Source: Bugula neritina (taxonomy: Eukaryota > Animalia > Bryozoa). Taken from it: a DNA stretch of 64,000 nt. The notes beneath the pieces are model-generated. The model made no database searches. It had not been told where the DNA came from and saw nothing but the letters and a program-made list of their open reading frames with translations. The stretch lies in the NCBI GenBank assembly GCA_964035545.1, contig OZ037770.1, positions 5,156,729 to 5,220,728 on the forward strand, read 5' to 3'. Made by a program: the position numbers and the translations under genes. This document shows positions 43,614 through 55,925 of the stretch, in pieces. Within the stretch, counting starts at the first letter, position 1. The number at the start of each line of letters is the position of its first letter.

Positions 43614-44521
43614 TTCGTTGGACGGATGAGTTAGCCGAAGAATTGCATAAACCCGTACAAAAAAAGTTTTGTAAAGGACGAGTTTGGGTATCGGGTATTG
43701 ATGACACTTGGGCGGCCGACTTGGTTGACATGACCGAATTCGCTAAATTTAACGACGGTTATAAATATTTACTAACGGTAATAGACGTGTTTTCTAAATA
43801 CGGTTGGATAATACCTTTAAAAAATAAGACCGGTAAAGCGACGGCTTCAGCTTTAAAAACAATTTTAAGCAGCCGTAAGCCACAACATTTATGGGTTGAT
43901 AAGGGAAAGGAATTTTATAACAAAAACGTAAAGTCCTTAATAGACTTATATTCTACGGAAAATGAAGAAAAGTTTAGCGTAGTAGAAAGGTGGAATAGAA
44001 CTATGAAAGAGCGAATGTTTAAATGTTTTTCGGCGAATAATACCTACAGATATATAGACGTATTAAAAGATTTAGTAAAACGGTATAACGAGACTAAACA
44101 TTTGTCTATCGGAATGACACCGATTGAAGCTAGTGACTCCTCTACCGAAAATAAAGTACGTATAAAATTTCATTCTAATTTACTGGCGCCTTCTAAACCT
44201 AAACTCGCTATAGGCAATAGAGTGCGTATACCGCGTAAGAAACGAACGTTTGAAAAAGGTTATACCGTTAGATGGACGGAGGAAACGTTTACGATAAGTA
44301 ACATATTATAAACGAATCCAACGACTTATAAATTAACTGATTCAGGAAGAGAAAAAATTCAAGGATCTTTTTAGGAACAAGAATTACAAAAGACGAGTCA
44401 AGAAATTTATAGAATAGAGCGTGTGATTAAAAAGAAAGGTAAAAAGGCTTTAGTAAAATGGTTGGGTTATCCCGAGTCGCAAAACTCGTGGGTAGATTTA
44501 AACGCTTTAGAACGTTTATAA
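43610..44521 (+). pseudogene. Retroviral-like (rve) integrase with C-terminal chromodomain
   Basis: ELHKP; WAADLVD (D), WVDKGKEF (D), VVERWNRT (E); KGYTVRWTEE; chromodomain YRIERVIKKKGKKALVKWLGYPESQNSW; two premature stops (44309 and ~44372); no in-frame ATG at the start. Confidence 0.92.
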
Positions 44522-44525
44522 ACAT

Positions 44526-44617
44526 GAGTATGGACACAAAAGTGGACACTAGACACGAGTATGGACACAAAAGTGGACACTAGACACAAATATGGACACA
44601 AAAGTGGACACTAGACA
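44526..44617. repeat. Three tandem 31-bp repeats (GAGTATGGACACAAAAGTGGACACTAGACAC)
   Basis: Direct; intergenic, just after the integrase stop. Confidence 0.9.
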
Positions 44618-44641
44618 AGAAACAAATTATATATATAATAA

Positions 44642-45450
44642 ATGAGTTATTTAAAGAGTAATGACCCAGTAAAAAGAGATAAGATCGTACAAGATTTTAT
44701 ATCTCGAAAGAATAGAATAAAAGAAGATTTTGAACGAGAGCGCGCAAGAATTGAACGTCGCAACGGCTCAAGAAAAATATTTTCAACCCGTAACGACTTC
44801 GCAAGCTCAAACGACTGAAGCATTAAAACAATTGCTCGCGTTACCCAATTATAACGTTCAACCAGCTATAACTGATGGAGTTATAAATTTAGACGAATTT
44901 ACTTGAGACGCTTTAGCCGGCTTAGAACCCGGCGCATATAACGTAAAGTGGGACGGTAATAGACAGGTTATTGGTACTAAACCTATAAGTTTTAACGACG
45001 GTAAAATAATTTTCGACGGCGAAGAATATTAAGCGACTAAAAGACTTTTTAAGTATTTTAACGCGTAAAACCCCGATAGGTTATAGCGAAAATGATTTAG
45101 CGAATTACGCTAATATACTCAATAACGGCGGCGCTATATATCAAAGTAAACACGGTCCCGCGGATAAGAATAGTGATAAGTGGAAACAAATGGTTAGACC
45201 TATTTGGGAACAATTATATCCTCAAAGAGCGAAGCGTGCCGATAATAAAAAAGCTAAACGTGGTGACGGAGTAGTTTATTTATCTCAAGACCCCAACGCT
45301 TTAGTAGAATGACTTCAACTGTTATTTTCTAGCGTTCAAGCCGGACATACGAGAGTACAAAACGAAATTGTAGCTATATTAGACGAATTACTTAGAATGA
45401 AAGAAATTACTCGTAACGAGTACAAAAACATTCTTTTATACTTATAATAA
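44642..45450 (+). pseudogene. Conserved Polinton hypothetical protein, disrupted
   Basis: TAAATG start; C-terminal DPNALVE*LQLLFSSVQAGH...NEIVAILDEL matches a motif recurrent in animal Polintons; several stops and frameshifts. Confidence 0.7.
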
Positions 45451-45768
45451 ATGTATGTTTACGATAAAAGACAACGATTGCAAAAACACTACGCCGGTGG
45501 TGGAATATTCAATTCTATTAGGAACGTAGTAAGTAAAAAAGCTGGAAATGCCAGTGTAAGAAAAGCGGCTACGGAAATTGGGAAAAAGGTTATAGCTAAA
45601 GCCAGTAACGCGGCCGGTGAAAAAATTGCTAACGCGATAAGAAATCATGCTACAAGTCGAAAGAAAAAATTAAACGCTAAAAATCGAGCCGTATTAAAAA
45701 TTCTTAGTCAACCGCAAAATAATATTAGTAATATTTTAGAAGGTTCCGGTCAAGCTAAAGATTACTAA
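45451..45768 (+). CDS. Small basic putative virion core protein
   Basis: K/R/A-rich 105 aa with a YAGGGIF glycine motif resembling an adenain cleavage site; lies directly upstream of the capsid gene. Confidence 0.55.
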   Translation: MYVYDKRQRLQKHYAGGGIFNSIRNVVSKKAGNASVRKAATEIGKKVIAKASNAAGEKIANAIRNHATSRKKKLNAKNRAVLKILSQPQNNISNILEGSGQAKDY

Positions 45769-45785
45769 CTTTTTTATTATAATAA

Positions 45786-46215
45786 ATGGACTCTTTGAAC
45801 ATTACACAAAAAATTGTATCCGATACGAGTGTAGAGCGTGATCAGGTAGACGAATACGAACCCGTAACGGGAACAAATTTAAATAATCCCGGTGAAATTA
45901 GAATAGTTATTAATCAGCAAGATTTGTACGTTCAACCGAGTAAAAGTTATTTGATTATCGAAGGTCGTTTAACTAAAGCCGACGGAACCGCTTACGCTGA
46001 CGCCGATCTAGTAACGCTAACGAATAATGGTATGGCTTATTTGTTTAAAAGTATTAAGTATTAACTCGATGGACAAGACTTGGAATATATAAACAATCCG
46101 GGGCACGCTTGACCGTAATGGGTTTGCTAACTTATCCCGACGACTACGGTAAGTCGAGAGGTCTTAATCAACTGTGGTCAAAAGACACTAGTAACGAAGC
46201 CGCAGCCACTAATTT
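45786..46215 (+). pseudogene. Major capsid protein (double jelly-roll/hexon-like), N-terminal ~140 codons only
   Basis: YEPVTGTNLNNPGEIRIVINQQDLYVQPSKSYLIIEGRL..LTNNGMAYLF..NPG..TVMGLLTYPDDY is a typical Polinton MCP N-terminus; contains a stop and a frameshift, then switches abruptly to an unrelated ORF. Confidence 0.8.
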
Positions 46216-46765
46216 AGAAAAAGGTAATGATAAGCTAGCCGTTACAAAAACGTTAAACGATAATATCGTAAAAGCTATAAACGCTAATAAAAAGAATATA
46301 TTACTCAAAATGTCTCCAAAGCTAGTAAAAACTAACGTGAAAATAGAAGGCAGATTTTTAGGTCCGCTAATAGGTATAGCTACGAGAGTATTGCCTACGT
46401 TATTAAAAACTATTATACCCGGTGTGGCAATAGGAGCCCTTTCGGGAGCCGCTAGCGCCGGCGTTGAAAAAGTTATTAAAGGTAAAGGAATTGCTTACAC
46501 CGCTGCAAGAAGTATTATTAGAGGTAAAGGTTTATATTTAGCGAGTGGTAAAGGTTTATATCGATATAAAAACGGTTGTTTTTGTTCGGTCTCTATCTCT
46601 CCCGATGGGGGAAAAATTACGTTAACGAAAGTTGAAAAACCTAAATCTATAACCGGTGATGGTTTATATTTAAAACAGGGTTCTAATTATATAAACGGTA
46701 AAGGTTTACTTTTTGGGCCGAATAGTCCTTTTAAAAATGTTCCCATATTAAATTTTTTTTCATAG
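46216..46765 (+). pseudogene. 5'-truncated Gly-rich core/membrane-active virion protein fused to the capsid stub
   Basis: EGRFLGPLIG amphipathic segment, repeated GKGLYL/GDGLYL motifs, C-terminal GLLFGPNSPFKNVPIL. Confidence 0.6.
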
Positions 46766-46788
46766 TTGAAGAAAAATTTATATTATAA

Positions 46789-47187
46789 ATGACTGATATA
46801 ATGAAAATTATTTATCAAAGCCTCGACGGCACCCAAATTACGGAAACTATTTTTAAAAATGGTAATACCGAAAAACGAATATACGAAGGCGGTGATATGA
46901 AAGAAAAAATGATTTATAAAAAATTTGATATATTAGATGAATTAGAAAACGCGTCTAACGAATGCAGAATGTTTGAAGAAAACATTTACGCTAACAAAAA
47001 AGAAATTATTTACAAAGACAATAATAAAAAATTGAGAATGAAAGTCATTTATAAAACTAAAGAAATAGATCAAGAAATTAATATCGGTTTGTTGAAATAT
47101 GCGCTAGCTAGAATACCCTTATGCGAAGTTAAATTACGATACGCGGAAAATGAATTAGAAAAAAGGAGAAATGACGCTTTAGTTTAA
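46789..47187 (+). CDS. Polinton hypothetical protein (132 aa)
   Basis: Intact ORF with TAAATG start; no recognisable motif. Confidence 0.6.
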   Translation: MTDIMKIIYQSLDGTQITETIFKNGNTEKRIYEGGDMKEKMIYKKFDILDELENASNECRMFEENIYANKKEIIYKDNNKKLRMKVIYKTKEIDQEINIGLLKYALARIPLCEVKLRYAENELEKRRNDALV

Positions 47188-47325
47188 AGAAAATTATTAT
47201 AATAAATGAGAATGGTTACGGCAAACGCGATTCGCTCTCATGACCGATTATTTCGCGCGCTAGTTTAGCAGCCCGCATAGCATTCTTGTTATACTCCATT
47301 TTAATTAATAATTTAGCGTAATTAA

Positions 47326-47800
47326 TTAGCATTGAGCGTCAATTGTTTCAGACTTTTTGTTCACTATTACGACGTTAATGTCCTTATATTTTTCGGCTAT
47401 AGAATTATATTCTTCGTCATCAATATAATCATCGTTTAAAAACTTTGATAACATAGCGTTAATTTCTAATTTAGATTTTTTTATAAACGCGTGCGTGTCT
47501 AAATATAATTGCATTTTTTAATTACTTTAGCATCTTGGAACGTAATGCCCTTTGTTATTACTCCGGCTATTCCGCTTATTATACTAATAGGAATTGCGCT
47601 TATCGCGCCTACACCCATTCCTAATAACGCTACATATAACTGTAGTTATACCGCTTACGCTTATGCAAACTCTTAAAGCCGTCGACAAAGCGCTATATTT
47701 TTTTAATTTCCTATGATAATGACTTTCCATGTTTTGCATTTCATGGCTTAACGCTTGAATTTCATTACGTCTAAATTCGTTAGCTATCAATTCTTATATA
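47326..47800 (-). pseudogene. Frameshifted putative membrane protein of Polintons
   Basis: Two adjacent ORF pieces: a helical segment plus hydrophobic stretch, then SKFLNDDYIDDEEY, like the SKAL.D..I...EF motif of animal Polinton membrane ORFs. Confidence 0.5.
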
Positions 47801-48332
47801 TAAAAAATTGATTTTTATAACGCGATATTTTATATTATGGAGTGGATTGATGAATCAATAGCTCGAGCCGAGCGAAAATAATACGTTAAACTTCCAGAGC
47901 ATAAATTTATGCAATTAATAGATAATTCAAACCTCGTAGGACCTAATTTTTGTGAAAGTAAAAATTGTATTGAATTACCTAAACATTTTAATAAAAAATT
48001 AAATTCTAAGTTTCACAGTCAATGCGTAAAAAATAAAATAGAGCAAGAAGATTTTACCATTTAAAGTTTTTCTTAATAAATGAATGACTTATCAAGAAAA
48101 AATTATTTTAAAATACCGATAGTAAGAGCTTGGTATAAATTTGAACAGGAGCGCGCTATTAAAAAAATAGAATTAAAGTGTTTAAAAAAAAACGAAGAAG
48201 AATTAAATTTACAAAAGGAGCGCGCTATTAAAAAAATAAAATTAAGTTGGTTAAATGATCAAAAAGCTCTTGGAAAAATTAAAACTTCGAGGTATAAAAA
48301 TTGACTTTACCATTTAAAGTTTTTCTTAGTAA

Positions 48333-51300
48333 ATGGAGCCTAACAAAAATGCTATAACGGTCAAAAACCTAAGGGTTTTGGCTAAACAAAGAGGATTAAA
48401 ACGATATTCTCGATTAAAAAAAGCTGAACTTATACGACTATTAACGCCTGTAAATATTATGGACGAACCCATTCCGAATATAGGACAACCACTCTCAAAA
48501 CCCCAACCATTTAAACATATAATAACTAAAATACGCGACTTTGGAAAATGGATTAAACACGAAATAGAAGATAAGGTTACACCACCTTTAAAAATTGCAA
48601 ATGCGTTTATAGAAAAAATTAAAGCGTTATACGATCGACCAAAGCCCGTATTAAAAAATCAAGCGACTAAAAGCTGTTTTCAAACTTATGAAATTAAAGG
48701 TTTACCTAAGTACGATGTAGACTCATTTAGTAAACTAGTAAAATCGGAGATATTAAAATTATTAAAACCCTTTACAAAAGTTAAAATATTATTAGAGTGT
48801 GAAATGGAAAAAATTGATATAAATACCGGTGAAACTACGTCAATAATTACACCATTTTCATCCCGTAATGAAATTATATTAGAGTCTACAAATGTTGATG
48901 AATTATACGATGAAATGATTGAGCGTATAAAAGAAAATTTCGCTTCGTTTAACGCGAAAGGAAGTAATTGGATATTTAAATCTATTACAAAAATGGAAGT
49001 TATTATTAATAAATAAAAACCTTTTAATGGGTCATCATGGATTGATCTTCCGGAAAAAATAAAAAAAGCCGTAATAAACCCTAAAAATAAAGATAATGAG
49101 TGCTTCAAGTGGGCTGTTTTAGCGTCACTCTTTCCGGCTAAAAATAAAGCCGAAAGAATATTCAACTATAAAGTATCGTGAGAAGGTGTTGAGTTTCCGG
49201 CTAATAAAAAATCTATCGAAGCTTTTGAAAAAGCTAATCCTAATATCAGCGTTAACGTATTAACGTGGAATGGTTCAACAATAAATTTGTGGAGACAATC
49301 CGAAGAACGAGAAAAAGTTGTAAATTTACTTCTTATAACTGATGAAGAAAAGAGTCATTATGCGTGTATTAAAAATATTGGCAAACTACTCGGCTCGCAA
49401 ATAAATAAGCGCGCTAATGCGAAGCATTTATTTTTTTTAATTGTATGAATGCGTTTCGATATAAAAAATCTTTAAACAAGCATCCAAAATGGTGTGCCTC
49501 AAATAATAGCGTAACTACAATCTTTCCTAAACTCGAGGATAAAATAAAATTTAAATTTAAACATTATTGTTATAAAATGAGAGTACCGTTTGTAATATAC
49601 GCAGACTTTGAATGTTTTACTAAGCTTATACAAAGCTGTGCCACAGTTAGTTTAAGGTCATTACTTTCCACATTCAGGCACTGCTTTATGTTATATATAA
49701 ACGGTTTCCAGGGGATAGCTCGAACAGTTTTTGTCTCACATTAACAAATTTGAAAAGATAGCTCTTGCATTCCTCTTTCATATACTTTTTTAATTTTTCA
49801 ATAAAAAAATTTCTGAGAAAGTTGTTGCATAATAAGTAAAATTTTACACCCTCCATGTTCCACTGCTGTAGCACAGGGGATTCATTTTATAAAGTCTAAA
49901 AGTTAAACTTGACATTCCTTGATATGTTTTCTCTAATATACTTTCTTTGTTTTTTGAAATTCTGTTTATGCTCTTCACAATTTAGTAAAAACATACACCA
50001 TTTTGCAAGTTTCACTGCAATTATCTAAATTCTTCATATGGTGGTTCTAGCTACGCTCCTGTGACTAATTATAACATTCCTAGTACGTTTGCTGCTCTGC
50101 GCTATCACAATAACGCACAAATTGGCAATCTATTGGATTTCTGCCAATATAATGTTCCCTGTTTTACATTAGCACTTAGCTGAATCATCTCACTATGTTA
50201 CAATCTATTGACAATGCCTCAGCACAACATAATTGTTTGTTTGGCAGAGTTAATTTTAGCTAAATCACTTCACTTTGCAGTCTTGTCAGTAAAGGTCTGT
50301 CTATAGCGCAGCAGGTGTATACTTCCAGTTTCTCTAATTCACATATGATTATTTTAAGTACATTGTATTCTATAAGATCAATTTAATGTTTAGCCCAGTG
50401 TTCAGTAGCTAAGTATTATGCATGTATGTTGTCTTACTGTTGAACAAAAGTTAAAAAAAAACTTTACAATTATAGCCATATTTATTATACATGCGTAGGA
50501 TTTGCATAAATTGACAAAAAAAATGCAGCATACTAGGATTGAACCATGACCAACCAGCTTCTCGCCGACGCCTTTAACCTCTGGACCACGCAGTCATCGT
50601 TAATTAATTGCCAACTATATGAGTAACTATGAGTACATAAATATTTCGCTCGCAAATGGGTTATAATTATTAGGCTGTCAATTCATGTTGATAGCAGTCA
50701 ACTGTTGCAATAGTCTCGGGTTACTAGCAAAGCTAATGGTTTTAAACAAATACCCAAAAGTTTAAAAATAAGTAGCTTGCGTATTACTAGCTACAAAAAC
50801 AGGTCTGAAATAGACTGGTAAAGCAAGCTCTTATTGTAGAGTTTGCAGATGTGCTCTAAAATAAAACTTAAACTGTATGCTATTACATAAGTATTTGTAT
50901 GCGAGAGATATAAATGGACATTACTGAGTTTCTGGAAAACAACATACTTGAAGTTAACTTTGACAATGGTGTTTTCTTTTCATCATAGCTAGCCTATAGC
51001 ATAAATCTCTAATCATATGAATCTTTATGAAGCCCACAGCTCATGTAAGGGTGGCAATGTAATTTGAAACGAACAATTATGTTGCTGCATTGTGTCTAAG
51101 GTATATTAGAGAGCAGAATTTGGTTTTACTAGCCTACCCCAACGGCATTCTACAATGCAGCTTATATGCTGGCAGTTGTAATAAGTACAGCCGATAGCAA
51201 GGTTACTATCACTGCTAGCTCTGTGCAGTATGTAACCTCTTGAATAATTGTGCCAATTTTAAACTCTTGGAAGTTGGCCAAGTTATCATATCGCAGCCAG

Positions 51301-54300
51301 CCACCGGAGACAAAGCATCAGAGCTATTCATATAATATTATACTGATGCACTTGGTAGCAGAGTGGCTAATCTAATATAGTTCATAGTTCAACACCCTTT
51401 ACTTTGGGAATACAGCCTCTTTTTTTAGGTTTACCTTACAAAGCATGAAAATATCTAAACTGATATTCTGATAATTTAGAGGTACATTTTGAAAACTAGG
51501 TTAATTGCACTTGTTTGCACAACAACAATAATAAAATAGATATTATGCAGTATAATAAAAACACACATAATACTATATAATATATTATAATGATAATAAT
51601 ATAATATTATAAGTACCATTACTGCATTTTATAAATCACATGGTTGCCAAAAAATGTATCACAAATTTTGTAATTATACATCAAAAATAGAACTAGCTAG
51701 GCAGCGGGTTAGAAAAGAGTAAATTTTTAAAACATGAAATCATGATTTGACTATTGTTTTATTTAGGCCAACCAACCTAGGAATACAAGATTGGGTTTTA
51801 GCTGACAGTTTATAACATTTAGCTTTTGAGCCAGCAGCACTGGCACTTGTGAAGTATAGGCAAAGTTAGTGAAGCGAGACTAACGAGCACTCAAATACAA
51901 GGCATATTGAGACGCAATAACAAGTCAGGAGCGTATAAATTAAAAAGAATGTGGAAGGGGGACTATGTTTTTCAACAAGCTATAACTTAAACATGAATTG
52001 GCTTTTGAAAAAAATAAAAAAGTATATTGGAGAACATAAGTTTCTTTATCTTTTCATATTTTTTTTGTTCCTGTGACATTCAACCTGTTCGAGCTATCAG
52101 TGGAACATTGTTCATATAGAACATAAAGCACCTGGCAAAGAGCCAGAAAATGAAAAGTATGACCTTAAACTAACTGTGTGAGCCTAATTCTAAAAAAAGT
52201 TATACTAATCAATCTCAACAACACGAACCGTCCGGTTTCAGATATTATATCGTAACCGTTACCGGTGACTGCGAATACGTAAGTTATTCTAAACGAGACG
52301 AAAATGAAGATATTGGTGAAATATTTATGAGAAGTTTAGAAGAAACGATTACAAAAATCTATAATAAACACAAGTTCGCTAAACCTATGAAGCCAATAAA
52401 AGATTCAATTTTTCAATTAGAAAAAAATTGTCACATATGTGAAAAAGAATTGGGTGACAATAAAGTACGAGATCATTGTCATTTAACTGGAGACTATCGA
52501 GGAGCGGCTCATTGTAATTGCAATTTAAATTACAAAATACTGAAATTTTTCCCGGTGTTTATTCATAACTTGTCCGGTTACGACGCTCACTTGTTTATTA
52601 AAAATTTAAGCGGTGAAATTCCGTGTATACCCAATACCGAAGAAGAATATATATCTTTTAGTAAAAAACTATTAGTAAACGCATTTACTAATAAAAAAGG
52701 TGAAAATGTAAAAGTTACGCATGAAATTCGATTTTTAGACTCGTATAAATTTATGAGTTCTAGTTTAGCAAGTTTGGTAGCGAATTTAAAACGTGACAAC
52801 GTTAAAAGCTTGAAAAAACATTACTCAGAAAAACAAATAGATTTATTGTTGAGAAAAGGAGTATTTCCGTACGATTATTTTAACGACTTATCGGTATTAG
52901 ACGAAACGTCTCTACCGCCTAAAGAAAAGTTTTATTTGAGTTTAACCGAGCCAGGTATATCAGACGAAGACTAGGCTTACGCTCAAAATGTTTGGCAGGA
53001 GTTTAATATAAAAACGTTTAGAGACTATCACGACTTGTATATGAAAGTCGATGTATTACAGTTGGCTAACGTATTTGAAAACTTTGGAGACGTATGCCTC
53101 GAGCACTATCAATTATACCCCGCTTAGTATTATACGGCCCCCGGTTTATCGTGGGATGCTATGTTTAAAACTACTAAATTAGAGTTGGATCCTATTACCG
53201 ACGTTGACCAATTACATTTCTTTGAAAGAGCTATTAGAGGCGGTGTAAGCATGATTAACCACAGATACGCTAAAGCTAATAATAAATATATGGAAAATTA
53301 TAATGCTGATGAGCCCAGTAGTTATATTACGTACTTGGACGCTAACAATTTATACGGATGGGCAATGTCACAAAAATTACCAACGAGTGATTTTAAGTGG
53401 TTAAGCGAAAAACGGTGTCGAAACTTGGAAAAAAGTAAAAACTTTCCGCCTAGCTTTTTAGAAGTAGATTTAGAATATCCTAAAGAGTTACACGACTTAC
53501 ATAAAGATTATCCATTTTGTCCGGAAAGATTAACAATTAATAAAGTAGAAAAATTAGTTCCAAACTTAAATAATAAGAAAAATTACGTTATACACTACAA
53601 GGCGCTAAAGCAATGTCTTAAATACGGTTTAAAGCTTACAAAAATTCATAGAGGTATAACCTTTAACGAATCCAATAAGCTTAAAAATTATATAGACATA
53701 AATACTAAGCTAAGAACTTTAGCTACGAACGATTTTGAAAAAACTTTTTTAAACTTTTGAATAACTCAGTGTTTGGCAAAACGATGGAAAATAATCGTAA
53801 TAGAGTTGACATTAAATTAATTACTAGCGAAAGTGAAGCTAAAAAATTAACGAATCAACCTAATTTCAAAAGTTTTACTATATTTTCTGAAAATTTTGTA
53901 GCCGTTCATATGAACGTAACGCAAACATTATTCAATAAACCCGTATATTTAGGAGCGGCAATTTTGGATATTAGTAAAACGAAAATGTATGACTTTCATT
54001 ACGGTTATATTAAACCAAAATATGGTAATAAAGCTCAGCTATCAATGACTGATACCGACAGTCTAATGTATTATATTCAAACGGAAAATATATATAAAGA
54101 TAAAGCTCCGGACGTTGCTAGCACGTTTGACACGAGTAATTATCTTAAAAATCACGAGTCGGGTATACCAACTGGTGTGAATAAAAAGGTAATAGGCATG
54201 TTTAAGGAAGAAGCCGGTGGTAAACAAATTACCGAGTTTGTTGGTTTAACACTTAGATCATACGCGATTAAAACGGATAACTCAGCGGAAGAGAAAAAAT

Positions 54301-54534
54301 TTAAAGGAATTAATACATCTACGCGCGATAAACGTATAACGTTTGAGGATTATAAAGAGTATTTATTAACGTGGCGAGATCAACATAGAACGATGAACGT
54401 GCTGAAAAGTCATAAGCATACGGTGTACGCCGAAACGATAAACAAAGTACCTAGCTTTGTCAGCCGAAGATGATAAGAGAATTATACTCGAAGACGGTAT
54501 AACGACGGTTCATTATAGATATATAAATGAATAA
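48333..54534 (+). pseudogene. Protein-primed family B DNA polymerase (pPolB), disrupted by stops, frameshifts and a 2.5-kb insertion
   Basis: N-terminal Rho-N-like LRVLAKQRGLKRYSRLKKAELI; ExoI PFVIYADFE; EndoVII-like CHIC..RDHCH..YRGAAH..CNL; ExoII HNLSGYDAH; polymerase motifs YLDANNLYGWAM, NNSVFGK, TDTDS; C-terminal LSAEDDKR. Confidence 0.95.
49642..52178. mobile_element. 2537-bp non-autonomous CAC...GTG DNA transposon (CMC-like) inserted in pPolB
   Basis: Perfect 20-bp TIR CACAGTTAGTTTAAGGTCAT; flanks TGC/TGA (imperfect 3-bp TSD); removing it restores pPolB ...IQSCEPNSKKSYT...QHEPSGF; host-like CpG-poor composition. Confidence 0.9.
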
Positions 54535-54907
54535 AGCGCTTACGAACATTGATATCGATAGTGATTAAAAAATTAAGAATTCCTAATTTTAGAGGAGTAT
54601 TTTTGAGAGATGAATTGCCCGATAAGCCACGACAAAAAGAATGTGGTGTATTAAATTTAGATAATTTAATGGGAGGCGGTACTCATTGGGTTGCTTGGTA
54701 CAAAAATAAAAAAAAAAATATTATATTATTTGTTTTGGACTTCAGCCTCCTCTAGAAATAATGAACTATTTAAAGGCGCCCGTGTTCTATTATACGGAAC
54801 GAGTGCAAGAATTCGGTGCGGTTATATGCGAACACTTGTGTTTATATTGGCTCAAAGAAATGTCTAAAATAGAGTCGCCTCAATTAATTATAAGTAATTT
54901 ACTATAA
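54527..54907 (+). pseudogene. Adenain-like cysteine protease, frameshifted
   Basis: FRGVFLRDELP, NLD...GTHWVAW (catalytic His), FGLQPP, VQ....ICEHLCLYWL (Gln and Cys). Confidence 0.88.
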
Positions 54908-54910
54908 TAA

Positions 54911-55430
54911 ATGAGTCCCGTATACATATTTGGCGGTTCCGCGGAACCCACTATTATTACGATTAACCCGTATTTTACGAATACTATAAAACAAACAGAT
55001 TTCGAATATAGAAATAATAATTTTATAGCTCATATGGTTTTAAATTATATAACCAATAAACGTATTAAATTAACTTACGCGTTAATAGATTTTCATAATG
55101 AATACATATATAGTAATAGAGAAATATATTGGACTGATAAACAACTTAGATTATTAGTTTGGGATAATACAAAACCACCTACATACGATAATGTAAAGTT
55201 ACTGATTACGATATTAGTGGTAATATACATAACATTCCTTACATTAAAATTCCAATTAATAAAACTATTGAGGCTAATAAAAACTTTCAAATAATGTTAA
55301 TATGTAATAAAAATTTTCCTACTCATAAACCGGATGACGTAATTCTTACGGATGTTGTACATCCTAATCAAACGCCTCAAGAAAGTTTTTTACCTTTCCA
55401 TAACGCTTCAATGAAATTATATTATAACTA
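54911..55430 (+). pseudogene. Polinton accessory paralog A (MSPVYIFGGS...), frameshifted
   Basis: Shares KRIxLTYxLIxFH, YWxDKxL, HKPDDV and PFH...KLYY with the neighbouring gene and with 63140-64000. Confidence 0.65.
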
Positions 55431-55437
55431 TATATAG

Positions 55438-55925
55438 ATGAGTCCGGTATATTTATTTGGTGGTTCTTCCGAAAATATAAAAGAAGAAAACTATATCGAA
55501 AGAAATATAAATCAAAATCAAAATAATTTTATACAAACTTTTAGTAATGAGATTAGCACGGCGTTATCGTTGGGTTTTATAGTAGATAAACGAATAGAAT
55601 TAACTTACGGGCTAATACAATTTCACGAGCGTCCTAGTAATATTCCTTTATATTGGAAAGATAAAAAATTAACGCTAATAATTGGAGATACGACAACACC
55701 TCTCGAGCACGTTATTAAGGAATATTTTATTCGAGGTGACGAGCATAATGTTTCGTATATTAAAATTCCTATATTAGAAATTATTAACGAGGGTAAAAAT
55801 ATCGGGTTAATATTAGAGTGTTCAAATAATTTTACGAGTCGTAAACCCGATGATGGAACGGTTGATAATGACGCGCCTATATATCTATACCATTCGAGTT
55901 AGTGTCATTAAAATTATATTATAAA
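55438..55925 (+). CDS. Polinton accessory paralog B (MSPVYLFGGS...)
   Basis: ORF 55438-55902, with a probable late frameshift before the KLYYK end; same family as paralog A. Confidence 0.65.
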
